Shown: positions 1 through 14,929, numbered from the whole stretch's first letter. The stretch is 63,595 nt of DNA, filler included, from Octopus bimaculoides (GCF_001194135.2; 6 parts of 5 records of this genome joined end to end with filler, not necessarily neighbours in it), one strand, 5' to 3'. A program made the numbers and translations. Notes: a model not told the origin generated them from the letters alone.

Positions 1-312
1 TATAAATACATATATATACATGTATATATGCATATATATATGTACATATGTATGTATACTTATGTACATGTATATTTGCATACATATTTATATATCGATA
101 TATATACACACACACACATTTATATATACGTACGTGTATATACATATAAACCCACATAAATGTATATTTTCTATATCTATAACTGTATCTATATCTTTAT
201 GCTGATAATACTGGCGGTGCTCCGGCATGGGCACAACCTTTAAAAGAATATTAAGTAGGTGTGTGCACGCGTGTGTACACACAAACACATAGGCATATAT
301 ATTTCAGTGACA

Positions 313-360
<48 letters not shown>

Positions 361-453
361 ATGTGTGTTTTTGTATGTGTGTGTGTGCGAGCGTGCGAGC
401 GCCTTTGTGATTGTATCTGTTGATGTGTGTACATTTCTTGACGATGTATGTAT

Positions 454-518
<65 letters not shown>

Positions 519-1448
519 CATATATATNNNNNNNNNNNNNNNNNNNNNNNNNNNNNNNNNNNNNNNNNNNNNNNNNNNNNNNNNNNNNNNNNNNNNNNNN
601 NNNNNNNNNNNNNNNNNNNNNNNNNNNNNNNNNNNNNNNNNNNNNNNNNNNNNNNNNNNNNNNNNNNNNNNNNNNNNNNNNNNNNNNNNNNNNNNNNNNN
701 NNNNNNNNNNNNNNNNNNNNNNNNNNNNNNNNNNNNNNNNNNNNNNNNNNNNNNNNNNNNNNNNNNNNNNNNNNNNNNNNNNNNNNNNNNNNNNNNNNNN
801 NNNNNNNNNNNNNNNNNNNNNNNNNNNNNNNNNNNNNNNNNNNNNNNNNNNNNNNNNNNNNNNNNNNNNNNNNNNNNNNNNNNNNNNNNNNNNNNNNNNN
901 NNNNNNNNNNNNNNNNNNNNNNNNNNNNNNNNNNNNNNNNNNNNNNNNNNNNNNNNNNNNNNNNNNNNNNNNNNNNNNNNNNNNNNNNNNNNNNNNNNNN
1001 NNNNNNNNNNNNNNNNNNNNNNNNNNNNNNNNNNNNNNNNNNNNNNNNNNNNNNNNNNNNNNNNNNNNNNNNNNNNNNNNNNNNNNNNNNNNNNNNNNNN
1101 NNNNNNNNNNNNNNNNNNNNNNNNNNNNNNNNNNNNNNNNNNNNNNNNNNNNNNNNNNNNNNNNNNNNNNNNNNNNNNNNNNNNNNNNNNNNNNNNNNNN
1201 NNNNNNNNNNNNNNNNNNNNNNNNNNNNNNNNNNNNNNNNNNNNNNNNNNNNNNNNNNNNNNNNNNNNNNNNNNNNNNNNNNNNNNNNNNNNNNNNNNNN
1301 NNNNNNNNNNNNNNNNNNNNNNNNNNNNNNNNNNNNNNNNNNNNNNNNNNNNNNNNNNNNNNNNNNNNNNNNNNNNNNNNNNNNNNNNNNNNNNNNNNNN
1401 NNNNNNNNNNNNNNNNNNNNNNNNGTAAATATATGGATAGATTGATAG

Positions 1449-1503
<55 letters not shown>

Positions 1504-1734
1504 TAGATAGATAGATAGATACATAGATAGATAGATAGATAGATTGACACATACAAACATATGTAAATGCATACATACATGTATACATGCACATGTACGT
1601 ACTTATCTACATACATACATTGATACATTCATATAGACATACGTGCGTACATACATTCATACATACATGCATATATACATACGTACTAAGATATATATAT
1701 GCATACATGCATGCCTGTGTGTGTGTGTGTGTGC

Positions 1735-1777
<43 letters not shown>

Positions 1778-2092
1778 TGCCTGTGTCTGTGTGTCTTGGT
1801 GATTCTATTACAGTGCTAATTCTGTGCACAGTGTACAACACATGTAGACGCACACGCATACACACATATACATTCATATATACTACATTAAATGTATGTA
1901 TGTTTATACATATGTGTGAGTGTGTGTATTTGTGCATGTGTATATGTGTGTTTGTGTGGATTAGTTAAAATGTGCATGAACTAAACATAAGGTGGACTTA
2001 CGTTTATTCGAATAAATATATATACTTTAAAATGCGGTTTTCGAATATAAGCACATGAATATTGACACACCTGCATGCACACGTCCACTTAC

Positions 2093-2180
<88 letters not shown>

Positions 2181-2200
2181 GTATGTATGTATGTATGTAC
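1..2200. repeat. Compound (TA)n/(TG)n/(CA)n/(ATAG)n/(ATAC)n microsatellite field containing an N-gap (528-1424)
   Basis: Directly visible di- and tetranucleotide runs, e.g. (AT)n at about 2097-2162. All ORFs here are YI/HT/CV low-complexity artefacts. Confidence 0.95.
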
Positions 2201-2352
2201 AACAGGCTTATTTTGGTTTACATCTACCAAATCCATAAGGAAGGCTTCAGTCGTTCAGAGGCTACGGTAAAACGAATTTGCCCAAAGAGCCGCGCTGTGA
2301 GATTGAACCCGGAACTATGTTGAAGGAAGCAAACTTCTCACCACAAAGCCAC
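2200..2352 (-). mobile_element. SINE family B (tRNA head + CORE-like domain), diverged head portion
   Basis: The reverse complement aligns by eye to the copy at 37903 (gtgtggtaag...gggttcagtccc...ccttgggca...gtagacggaaactgaaagaagc). It runs into a microsatellite. Confidence 0.75.
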
Positions 2353-2542
2353 ACACATATACAAATGTATATTACATATATACAAATATATCTTACACAT
2401 ATACATACATGCATACATACATACATACATACATACATACATACATACATACATGCATACATACATACGTACGTATACATTTATGTGTGTGTATGTGTGT
2501 GTGGGTGGGTGTGTGGGTGTGTGTGTGTGTGTGTGTGTGTGT

Positions 2543-2911
2543 GGAGGCACAATAGCTAAGTTGTTAGGGCGGCGAACTCACAGTCGTAGGGTCGCGGTTT
2601 CGATTCCCAGCCCGGGCGTTGTGAGTGTTTATTGAGCGAAAACACCTAAAGCTCCACGAGGCTCCGGCAGGGGGTGGTGTCGAACTCTGCTGTGCTCTTT
2701 CACCACAACTTTCTCTCACACTATCTTCCTGCTTCTGTTGTACCTGTATTTCAAAGGGGCCAGCCTTGTCACGCTGAATCTCCCCGAGAACTACGTTAAG
2801 GGTACACGTTTCTGTGGAGTGCTCAACCACATGCAAGTTAATTTCACGAGCAGGCTGTTCCGTTGATCGGATCAACTTGAACCCTCTTCGTCGTAACCAA
2901 CAGTGCGCCAC
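2543..2911 (+). mobile_element. SINE family A (tRNA-derived, about 370 bp)
   Basis: Starts ggaggcacaatagctaagttgttagg (A-box-like) with B-box-like ggtttcgattccc. It is collinear with the copies at 42716, 44626 and 60663. Confidence 0.9.
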
Positions 2912-3046
2912 GAATATATATGTATGTATGTATACAGTCACACATGCAAACGCATACATACACATACACATATATACATATATCTATATATGTATGTATA
3001 TATGGATAGATGTATTTGCATAAATACATACATATATTCATGCATT

Positions 3047-3082
<36 letters not shown>

Positions 3083-4144
3083 ATCATATATGCATATATT
3101 ATACATATAATATATCATATAAATGTGTGTGTGTATGTATGTATATATATATATATTTAAATATATATATATANNNNNNNNNNNNNNNNNNNNNNNNNNN
3201 NNNNNNNNNNNNNNNNNNNNNNNNNNNNNNNNNNNNNNNNNNNNNNNNNNNNNNNNNNNNNNNNNNNNNNNNNNNNNNNNNNNNNNNNNNNNNNNNNNNN
3301 NNNNNNNNNNNNNNNNNNNNNNNNNNNNNNNNNNNNNNNNNNNNNNNNNNNNNNNNNNNNNNNNNNNNNNNNNNNNNNNNNNNNNNNNNNNNNNNNNNNN
3401 NNNNNNNNNNNNNNNNNNNNNNNNNNNNNNNNNNNNNNNNNNNNNNNNNNNNNNNNNNNNNNNNNNNNNNNNNNNNNNNNNNNNNNNNNNNNNNNNNNNN
3501 NNNNNNNNNNNNNNNNNNNNNNNNNNNNNNNNNNNNNNNNNNNNNNNNNNNNNNNNNNNNNNNNNNNNNNNNNNNNNNNNNNNNNNNNNNNNNNNNNNNN
3601 NNNNNNNNNNNNNNNNNNNNNNNNNNNNNNNNNNNNNNNNNNNNNNNNNNNNNNNNNNNNNNNNNNNNNNNNNNNNNNNNNNNNNNNNNNNNNNNNNNNN
3701 NNNNNNNNNNNNNNNNNNNNNNNNNNNNNNNNNNNNNNNNNNNNNNNNNNNNNNNNNNNNNNNNNNNNNNNNNNNNNNNNNNNNNNNNNNNNNNNNNNNN
3801 NNNNNNNNNNNNNNNNNNNNNNNNNNNNNNNNNNNNNNNNNNNNNNNNNNNNNNNNNNNNNNNNNNNNNNNNNNNNNNNNNNNNNNNNNNNNNNNNNNNN
3901 NNNNNNNNNNNNNNNNNNNNNNNNNNNNNNNNNNNNNNNNNNNNNNNNNNNNNNNNNNNNNNNNNNNNNNNNNNNNNNNNNNNNNNNNNNNNNNNNNNNN
4001 NNNNNNNNNNNNNNNNNNNNNNNNNNNNNNNNNNNNNNNNNNNNNNNNNNNNNNNNNNNNNNNNNNNNNNNNNNNNNNNNNNNNNNNNNNNNNNNNNNNN
4101 NNNNNNNNNNNNNNNNNNNNNNNNNNNNNNNNNNNNNNNNNNNN

Positions 4145-4205
<61 letters not shown>
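4145..4205. repeat. (GA)n microsatellite at a gap edge
   Basis: Pure GA run following the N-gap at 3173-4144. Confidence 0.95.
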
Positions 4206-4208
<3 letters not shown>

Positions 4209-4500
4209 ATGAAAATATAGTTGAATGTTACATCTTTTTAATGCTATATTTAACAGATGCACGTAGATAAAAACACAAATATAACGTTATATATGAGTAT
4301 ATTCTTGAAGGAAAATATTTTATCATTTGTAATAGATTTGTATTAAATTCCAGCATTGAACGCGGCATTGCCATAAATAGGATATTTGATTTATTCATAA
4401 TAATTTTTAATAAATTAACTTTGTATATATTCATACAGACACACAAACGCATACACACGTGCATGCTACACGTGCACTACATTATGTGTCTTCATATCAC

Positions 4501-4555
<55 letters not shown>

Positions 4556-4761
4556 NNNNNNNNNNNNNNNNNNNNNNNNNNNNNNNNNNNNNNNNNNNNN
4601 NNNNNNNNNNNNNNNNNNNNNNNNNNNNNNNNNNNNNNNNNNNNNNNNNNNNNNNNNNNNNNNNNNNNNNNNNNNNNNNNNNNNNNNNNNNNNNNNNNNN
4701 NNNNNNNNNNNNNNNTGTGTGTGTGTGTGTACACACACACACACATAGCCATAGACACACA

Positions 4762-4818
<57 letters not shown>

Positions 4819-5318
4819 GCGTGTGGGTTCTTACATATGTACAATAAATTCATTATGAATAAATATATGTGGTTCCTTTAAATACTTTCTATTAATGATA
4901 TACGTGTTTGCCCACGTGCATCCATATATGCATTTTTATAAGTATTTCTTCGTGTCATTGCAGTGCATTTATAGTATATACAAACCTTAATATCTGCATA
5001 TATATTCGTAAATATAGAACTATCTTCATATACATAAATATTAATATATTCTGTTAAAGATATTTAATCGAATTCTGAAATATTTTGTTTAAATTAAACT
5101 CCAATATTTACGAGTTCCATTCTCGTTAGAATAAACAGCAACATCCTCAGTTTAGTTAAAGTATAAAGTTATTCTGTCCAGACATTGTACAACTTTGAAT
5201 GATGATTCAATTTTGCTCAATACGAGATAGGTCTTTTGTTTTCTCATCTTTTTTTTTTTTTTTTTTGAAAACTAAACAACTGAAATTCATTGTTCATTTC
5301 CTTATACAGCACAGGAAA

Positions 5319-5495
5319 GCAACGAACTGGCAGAATCGGTAGCAGCCCGGCATTTCTTCCGGTTTACGTACTATGTTCAAATTCCGCCGAAACGACTTTG
5401 CCCTTCATCCTGTCGGAATCTATGAAATAACTGGTGTTGATGCAATCAAATTGCCCCCTCCCCAAAGTTTCAGGCTTTGTGCCTATAACAGACAG
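5319..5495 (+). mobile_element. SINE family D (ggcgagctggcagaa... head, gactttgcctttcatcc central domain), diverged
   Basis: gaactggcagaatcggtagc...gttcaaattccgccgaaacgactttgcccttcatcc matches the copies at 35765 and 52396. Confidence 0.8.
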
Positions 5496-5525
5496 ATTTA
5501 TGCAGCACACGATTTATTATTTTTT

Positions 5526-5700
5526 GGTGGTCGAACTGGCAAAGTCGTTAGCGCATCGAACAGACAAGATGTCTTATATTATATTTGGTTGTTTTCCTCA
5601 TTGACATCGTTATTAATTTTGATCTTTCTGGGATCGATGAAATAATTACCAGTTATTACATCAGGATTGATCCAACTGTCTATCGGTTTCCCCTCGAAAT
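5526..5700 (+). mobile_element. Second, more degenerate SINE family D copy in tandem
   Basis: ggtggtcgaactggcaaagtcgttagc head and gggatcgatgaaataattaccagtt central motif. Confidence 0.5.
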
Positions 5701-6105
5701 GAGTGACATAGTTGTATTTTTATAAAACCCATATCAACTTTGACAGAGCAAACCTACGATACGAAATTGCTTCAGCCATGTCAATAAGTATCTTTCTGTA
5801 TATAATTTGTATGTGTTGTACTACTGCAGATAGAGTCGTGTTGGTAAGATCATCACTTCACAACTACTTACTTTCAGCTGCATTCTCACTGTACAGAATC
5901 TTTAGCAATTAAATTACCCTCGAGTTGATTAATACCATGCAAGTGCAATTTGTAGACAAGGATTGTGCAGAAGCCCATCATACATACACAAATACATAAG
6001 CATGTGTGTATACATGTATATCTACATGTATATATCATATGCATGCATACATACATATATACACGCACACATGTAGTTTTATGTATATATATATGTATAT
6101 GTATG

Positions 6106-6161
<56 letters not shown>

Positions 6162-6167
6162 AGAGAG

Positions 6168-6267
6168 NNNNNNNNNNNNNNNNNNNNNNNNNNNNNNNNN
6201 NNNNNNNNNNNTTAATTAATTAANNNNNNNNNNNNNNNNNNNNNNNNNNNNNNNNNNNNNNNNNNNN
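6168..6267. other. Artificial 100-bp assembly spacer N44-TTAATTAATTAA-N44
   Basis: Exactly 44 N + 12-mer (6212-6223) + 44 N. The identical structure recurs four more times. Confidence 0.95.
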
Positions 6268-6269
6268 TA

Positions 6270-6342
<73 letters not shown>

Positions 6343-6542
6343 TGTGTGTGTGCGTGTGTGTGCGTGTGTATGCGTGTGTGTATGTGTGTGTATGTTTGTA
6401 TATGAGTGAGTGTATGTTCACACACATATACATGCCCATACGCGCGCACACACTCAGTCAAACACACACATACGTATGCATTTATATTCAGCAGCGAGAA
6501 CGAGTACTTAACACCGGTGGATTGTTATCTCTTATTCGTGGG

Positions 6543-6722
6543 TTAACAACACAACCAATGGTTTCATGTCATGAGAAATCTCTCAAACATTATCAAGCCT
6601 TCCACATGTAACGCTGGAGTTGTCTTCATCCATTACGGACATGAGCACCAAGTTTCCATGTGGAAGGCGTGATAATTCTTCTAAGATTTTTCAAGATATG
6701 AAACAGTTGGTTGCCGTGTTAA
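6543..6722. mobile_element. Fold-back MITE flanked by TTAA (piggyBac-type target site)
   Basis: TTAA at 6543-6546 and 6719-6722. Arms 6547-6608 and 6657-6718 are imperfect inverted repeats, with gccttccacatg / catgtggaaggc perfect at the inner ends. Confidence 0.7.
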
Positions 6723-9700
6723 TCAATAAATAAACTATATATATATATATATATATATATAAATGCACATGCATTTGTAATACATGCTAGAGGTGAATAA
6801 CACGTTTCTAATGAAAAATCACAATAAATGTGCAGTAATTTGGTCAGTAAAATTGCATATTGCTTCTGAAAAAGTGTACATATAATTTAGCCCCCATAGC
6901 ATTTGCAACATGCCACCGAAGACATATGGTCATGCTTGGTAGTAGTAGTTTTTAACGTAGTTATTCATACATGGACCTAGACTTTGGAGTTGAATAAACA
7001 GGATCAGCGAAGGAGTGGCGCAAGTTAGATGCTTTTCTTCCTTGATTATCCCTAGTTTTCCCGAATACGTATCACTTTTAGTTTAAGTTAGTGCATATTT
7101 ATAGCCTTGTGCATGGTTAGCCCCTGGGGTATCCGATCATTATAAGTTTCCACAGGACACGTTATATTTTTCCTAAATACCACAGTGTTATATCCATGAA
7201 CGAAAAAGATAGGTTAGTACGATCGGGCTCTGTAAGACACAGCAGTATCATGTGAGGAATGATTATTGTTATTTCTCATGGATTTGTTTGAGTAGACAGT
7301 GTAAATCGTTAGTAATCTTCAAATCATGACGAAGTTCTCCGTTTGTTTTGCAATCCAGGTTTTCGGGGCACAATATACTTCCTTATTCCTGCAACTCTTA
7401 TAACGTCTGTCGTTTCTTTTATTTCATTTACACCCTGGTAGTAAGTAAACATAAACAAGTAGTATTTCCTGGAATTACCTTTCTATTGAAATCACGACGC
7501 TAGTAGAATTTTGCCAATTTCTCTATATACATATAGTTCGCACTATACTGGTTTAGTCCTCTGTTTCTCTTTTCGTATGCTTAGGTACATAAGCAATCCA
7601 AATGTTTTGAAGGGCATTGTTACGTTGCATGGAAAATCCTAAGAATCATTTACCTGCGGAATTACTCCTGTTATTTATTGGCAGGGGTGTTATTACTGCG
7701 AGCGCAACATTTTACCTTGTTAATGTCAGTCCTTGACTAGTTTCACATTATCGATACTCACTACATGTGTCTAACATAACAGTTTGCAGTACGAAGTGTT
7801 TAAAAATAATTCGAATTTCCTAAACATTCATTGTATACATTCAACTCGAAATTTCAAGAGTAATATCATTTGTGTACTTTGCGCAGTAAGCAAAGAGCCA
7901 GAAGATTGAAAATCAGTAACTTATTGGTTTCAATTAATCATGTAATGCATGTGGTATCTCTTCAAAACTGCTACAATTACCCACGCGATCACAAATATTC
8001 TCTATGTTCCAACTAGGCATGAGAGAAAGACTGGGTGACGGAGCAAAAGTGAAAAAAAAAGAAGAGGAAAAAGGTTTGGGTTCGGACACTACGTTTTGCC
8101 CTACACGACTCAGTTTTGTGGCGAGTGCGAATCACCAGAAAGAATTCGTGCGTTTCACATGGAATTATAAGGTTTTTACGTGCAATATTTTACGAAGAGC
8201 ATGGGTTGAGAGCTATTCTCCGAAAGAAGCCAGTTGCGAAATCGGAATGCAAGCAAGTGACGTAAAGACAACCAACCATACTGAAACAATGGCCGCTTCC
8301 CACCGGGCTAGTGCCACCAGCACTCTCTTGTCGAATTTGTCATACACACGCTCATATTCACATATACACATATACATGCTGTGTGTGTGTGTGTGTGTGT
8401 GCGTGCGTGTATTTGAATGTTAGTATGTATGAATGTGTGTACGCAGAAAGGATACACTTGGGTGCGTATCTGTTCGGATGTGTTTCGTTGTCCACACATA
8501 CTTATATCATTGCAGTCTATACTTCAGACAGTTTGTATAAGCGAAATGTCAAAGATAATACAGAAATATATCAAACATATCACTTTATTTCTCCAGTAGC
8601 ATATGAATGTCGGCAACACGAAAATGAATTAAGAAATGGAAGCAGTAGCAAAGTGACCGTTTGTATTCAATGAAGTTTCGTGGATACGAAAGGTGTCAAT
8701 CTGATCTCACTTGCAACGTTTCTGTGACAAACTAACGTAAGTTTAAAATATAGGAAAACATTGCTTATAGAAGATATTGAAAAACGAATGTAAAGAAGCA
8801 AGGAGAGTTTGTGGAAGATGTATGATTCGATAAATGCAATTCTCTTTAGATTGAATTTAAGAGATGAGGATGCTTCTTCCATTTATGTTTACGATCTATT
8901 GCTATTATTGCAAATTGTCAAATGATTTGATGCATGTATGAGTGAAACTAATATAAAATGAAAAATAAACGACTGTATATATTCAAAGAAATAGATAAGT
9001 ATTTGAATAATATAAGAGAGTTGAGTTTGATCCTATTGTTTTTCTGCCGTTCCTTAAATAATATTCCGATCAATTTCATTTTATCTCTCTATCTCTCAGC
9101 TTATCACTCTCGCTAACTCTACGTCTCTCATCGCATCGATAATTCTACACATATCACATATGATTATTCTTATCTGCGATCTTGTATTTCACTATGCAAT
9201 ATATTATATATTTGAAGTTTGTATGAATGAAAGTCTTTTAAGTTAAACTTCTATGGAAATGCATACTATAAGAAGCACCTATTTCAAATTAACTTTTCTT
9301 TTCATCAACTGATATATTTAGCGTTTGCCATATGTGAGCCTCCCTGTTATGTAATTTTCACATATACAATAGGGGTAAACAAACTAATCGCACTTCAGTC
9401 ATGACAGACCAGAATTTGTTCTTTACATATGATAGATTCACAGCTCTCAATAGACATTTTAAAGAGAGCTAAGTGTATCAGTGATTAATATTCGGGGTCT
9501 CTTTAATAAAGCCTTGCTCACAAATAGACAGAGGAGTTTCTTTGCATTGTATATTGCATCATGTATTTTATTGTTCTACAATTTCCCACGGGGCAAGTAT
9601 TCTCTGAGCCAGACAGATTTACAAATTAGTGATTAATATAATATTAGTGAGATGATTATTTTAGCATTGCCAAGTTCACTTTCGGTTTTCTTTCCCATTT

Positions 9701-11039
9701 CTGAGGGAAACTTAAATTTCGGCACAATCTGTGCGTACGGGTCAATCATCTTTCATAAATTACCCATTTGTTAAATATTTTTTTTTATAATTCTTATTCT
9801 CGAATTTTCAGTTCCTCTTCAAGAGCGTTAGAAACTTTCCAAAATTTCTTTCCAAGCAACTTTTAAATTAAGGTATCCGAGCTTTAAATAGTTGTTGTAT
9901 ATATTTGCACTTCGTTTACATTCGTGTTTCTCTTCGTTTAGAATATGTTTGATAATTTGAAAAATACATTGTAACAGTTTTTAATTGATTTGACATTCTT
10001 ATAGTGTTCAAAAAATCCATTTGCACTCAAACACATCACAGAACATTCTAGAATGCTCTGTATATTTAAAATAGCACATTTCAATAATGGTACAGGGCAG
10101 TAACCAGAAGGCTCCTATAAATTCCCAAGTCATAGTAAACATTATCTCTCCAACAAGACGTAGCAAATGAGCTGTTAATAACTGTTAATACTGACGATGA
10201 GTGACTGTAGCTAATTTTTTCTGAGAACTTCATGATAATTCCATTATTCCTATGACTGACCACGGATTATTTCGTGTAGGATCATATTGTTTTGAAGCAG
10301 ATCAAAAATGAATTGTTTTCTACTGGTAACATGAAAAATACTTCACTGAGTCTTTTATTATAGCAGTATTGAACTTCAGTCAACAGTTGGTTACCATGTG
10401 TTAACTTTGGTGTAGAATCAAATAAAATAGTGAGGTACTTTCAATCGAAGTTGTTAATTTGATGCACAATTTCATTTTGCACATGATTGCCCGCGATTAA
10501 TTTCAACACTTTATGCATGTTTTACAGAGATAAATAGTATTTGTTTCATGTAACAACATTATCATTCAGAAAATAGTTCCCAAACAACACATAATATCCA
10601 ACCATTCTTCTTTGAGCAAACTAACCAGACTCCGATTAAAATATGGTAACATTTTCAATCGAGTTCTCGCTTTTTCTTTTTTTTTTTTTTTGAAAGTATA
10701 ACCTCCATTCTTCCGTGGAAAGCATAAAATATTTGGTAGTTGGCCAATATACATACATTTGTGTTTTAAAGTATTCTGAATGAAACAATTAGCTACCGTT
10801 TTGCGACATATTCCCAAGTCAACTTATTATTTGGAATCACGAATGGTGACACTTAGTTCGTATCTCCTCTATATGATGAGGTGTAATCATAGTCGAGTGC
10901 CTGAGTAAGACAGTATAGCTCCATCAGAGCCTCAAACGTGAGGGGCAATTTATTTTCCCAGTGTATATTGAGTTACGCATCAGATTATTGGTATCGCACT
11001 GCCCAAAGGAAGTATTAAATCACACACACATATATGTGT

Positions 11040-11127
<88 letters not shown>

Positions 11128-11143
11128 GATAGAGAGAAAGAGC

Positions 11144-11201
<58 letters not shown>
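11040..11201. repeat. (GA)n microsatellite
   Basis: About 160 bp near-pure GA run. Confidence 0.95.
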
Positions 11202-11202
<1 letters not shown>

Positions 11203-11844
11203 GTACATGTAGGAGCAACGTAATTTTTTTGTCCTAAATTAATGTCATGAGTGTGAGAATGACAGTTCTGCTATTTTAATAGATGTAAATAAATGGTGAA
11301 ATAATTACTGGTTCTAGATGAATTCAAAATATCTTTTGCTTCGCATTACTTCCTAAAATAGTGTTATGTGTATCTATTACGTCCACACCGTTAACCCTGG
11401 CTAAATGTAATGGCCCAGAACTCATTATGGATGGAATTCGTAAGAAAGAAGCTTAAACGTCGATCTGAAATTTTACGATGGATTGATGCGTAGACAGTTT
11501 CACTTTATTTTTGACCAATGGTATATTTAAAATCTCTGAGAAGGTATGGAATGAGCGTTTGCATGGAGGTAAAAAGCGTGAGTGGAACTGAAGAATACTG
11601 AGATGAGTGCAAATGTTCTTATTTACCATAACATCGTTTTTAGTCCATCCAACGCTCGTTGAGTAAATGTATATATTTTATACGTCTCGTTCACGTTTTG
11701 TCTTAACTATTCCATCTTCTCGTATAGTTATATATTTTTGAATATATGTGTTTTTCGATGCTATTCTCATGTTACTGGAGAGAATGTATCATTTGCTTGC
11801 GTTTGGAAAATTACGTCGCTGTATTTATCCTTGCAATTTACGTT

Positions 11845-11935
11845 TAGAGTTGAAAACTTACCGAGAACAACCTTGACTTTCATCTTCCAGGGTTCGATAG
11901 AATAAAGGTCTAGGCAGGGACCGATATCGACTAGA
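11845..11935 (+). mobile_element. Highly degenerate SINE family D remnant
   Basis: gagttgaaaacttaccgagaacaaccttgactttcatcttccagggttcgatagaataa resembles the family D B-box plus central domain. Confidence 0.45.
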
Positions 11936-14929
11936 AATAGTATTAGTAATAATGTTAGTAGTAATAGTATTTGTAGTAATGGTGGTAGTAGATGAAAATA
12001 TTACGAGGAAACAGTTGTGGAAAAAGAGGAGAAGGGGAAATGAAGAATCATGATGATGCTCTCTATTTTACGATCTTTCTGAGATTAATGATCAGCACAG
12101 CAGGATTCCAGTTTATGCAGATTTATCACGAACCAATTTACACTGTATCGATGTTTTATAACAGCAAAGTAAACCTAATCTTATTGATTTTGATTTACTG
12201 CAGCTGGTTTCTATCCCCTTTTGTCTCAATAATTTACCTTCTTTCCCGGAGTCCTTCCATTTTCAAAGATAAATAAAGAAAAAGTCCTTAATCATTACCT
12301 TGGACTTGATTCTTTCATCACAGCCTGAGGCCGAGCGCATTTTACGTTCTCGTGTATTTCGTAAAATTTTCATTAATCTCTAAAGTTTTCATTAATCTAA
12401 TGTTCGAGACTATGATTGAAGATCAGTAATCACCATATGTACATATTCGGTGGGGGAAAAACATGTTGTTTTTACACGAATGAGGATGATTTAAATAGTA
12501 GTTATTGCATATATAAATTTTGCAACATCATATATTTATTAAATATTTATTTCCATCAGTTCGTCGCAGCTCATCGATTTTGCATGTCAATATAGCTACG
12601 CAAAAGCGAATCACTATCTCTATTCATAACAACAATGATTTTTATGAACGACCTATTCATTGATGTCATAACGAGACTTAATGAAGACCTACTTCAACTT
12701 TGTTTTCATATATGCTACATTTAATTTAAAACTTTGGTCATGATATATGAATCATAAATAAAAACAATATCTATATTCGTTCGATTGCTTATTTAGTTCT
12801 TAGAGTTCGATTACTGTGTATCAGTTTAGTGAGTCTAATATTTGAATTTGAAATCATAAGCAATGTAGTGAATAAATATCAAATACAAAGTATATTGGAA
12901 AATAGTAATAATTGACAGAACTATCAAGCACTTTTCCCTACAATAAATAGATGTAACACACGCAAAAGTAAAGGCCGAGCTTTTAAGACCCTACTGATAA
13001 ATTCCCGATATGAATTATCTTGAATTACAGATCCCGTTTTCTTTTATTGAAATTAAGACCATCAAAATGTAATATGAGTGATGTTCCCTTATACGACAGA
13101 GATCAAGTGTAAAAGTACAACTCTTCTACACCTCCAAATCAAAGTCGAAGGGTAAACACATGGCAAACTATTTTCTGCAGTAGTATAATGTTAATTTTCG
13201 CAGTACGTGTGCAAGAATTTCTGAATTATAATTAGTATTTCACATGAATATTTTAAGGGATATTCTGCATAATGGGTTTATCTATCAACAGAGACAGATA
13301 TGATATAGAGGGATATTTCTTCCCGTTAATAAATGATATCAAACAAGGAATCACTCTTAAAGACCATACATTTCCAAAGGCAGATTACGTTGTCGCGTCA
13401 TAATATTCCATATGAAGGAAACATCTTAATTTCAAGCGATGTGTGGTGATATTTCCATCGACGAAAGTTCGTGACAGAACTCATCTAAATGGGCTATATA
13501 AATATACGCATATCTTCCATTGGCTCCAAGCAAATTTAAAGATTTATGTTCTCACTAGGAATTTTGCTGCTATTTTCTTCAATAACTTTTATCTCAATAC
13601 AAATTATATGAACTTTGCAACTGTTTTGGCCTCTTTTTCCGAACTCTAAAGTCTTAAATTATTGATGTAGACGTTCACCTTAAATGAAATAGGGTGTTAT
13701 ATAATATATTTTGAACTGCAAACATAGAAATTCAAGTATATTATGTACTCAACTCAGTTCTAAGTTTGTCTATAAATACATCCATACATATATGCATATA
13801 TATGTGTGTGTAAGTTTGTGGAAGTTTATACGTGGTAGCTTATACATATATATGTCTGAATATATATATATATANNNNNNNNNNNNNNNNNNNNNNNNNN
13901 NNNNNNNNNNNNNNNNNNNNNNNNNNNNNNNNNNNNNNNNNNNNNNNNNNNNNNNNNNNNNNNNNNNNNNNNNNNNNNNNNNNNNNNNNNNNNNNNNNNN
14001 NNNNNNNNNNNNNNNNNNNNNNNNNNNNNNNNNNNNNNNNNNNNNNNNNNNNNNNNNNNNNNNNNNNNNNNNNNNNNNNNNNNNNNNNNNNNNNNNNNNN
14101 NNNNNNNNNNNNNNNATATGCATACACACACCGACAAGAAATCACACACTCACACACACGCATCCACGCCATGCACACACATATACACACATATAAATGT
14201 GTGTGTACATGAGTTTGTGGGAAGAAATTATAAAAACGATTTCATATCATTTGTTCCATATGTCTCGGCAAATATTTTTATTCGCGACGTCTACTGGTGA
14301 AGAATGAAACACAACAGAACACAATACATATAAAAACGTTAAAATGTATATTTTAATGTCTCTATATTTAATGTCCGAGATCAAGAGTCCGACAAACGTG
14401 TTTCATTTCAGAATTCCGTGAGTAAGGTTCCAATAAAGCTCCGATTGAACTTGATGAGATTGTGTTTATACCGGAAAGATCACTCAATTTCACCGCTACT
14501 AAAGCTACAAAACATCGGATGATGAGTTGATAATTCGACGTATTTTCACTAGTCGAATTATATATTTGGCAAATAAACATTTACTGAAGATATATAATTT
14601 CTTCCTTTTCTTATTTTAGAAATATTTTAAGCTTTGTCTTACTTTCAGTCGAAATTCTCAACTCCTGCGATTGCAGGAGTATAGCCTTTTTCTTGAATGA
14701 CATGTAAAAAATATGTAAAAATCCCTCTATGTGTGTGTGTGTGTGTGTGTATGCGTACGTGTGTGTGTGTGGGTGTGTGCATGTGTGTATACACGTATGT
14801 GTCTGAGTGTATATGTGTGTACACGCAAAAACAATCAACTCTAGTATGAAATCCCAATTCACCCACATAATTCTGCTATTTTCATAAGCACTGTGCACTG
14901 CGTAATTTCAAGACTAGGCTATATACTAT

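Noticed and set aside
251-4262. Long 300-450 aa ORFs in the track (also at 26.7-27.9, 37.8-38.7, 55.3-57.6 and 59.4-62.3 kb)
   Set aside because: They are open only because they run through N-gaps and dinucleotide repeats.
8004-8423. 139-aa ORF starting at CTA-TG region, ending in a microsatellite
   Set aside because: No domain, no supported splice structure, and it ends in (TG)n.
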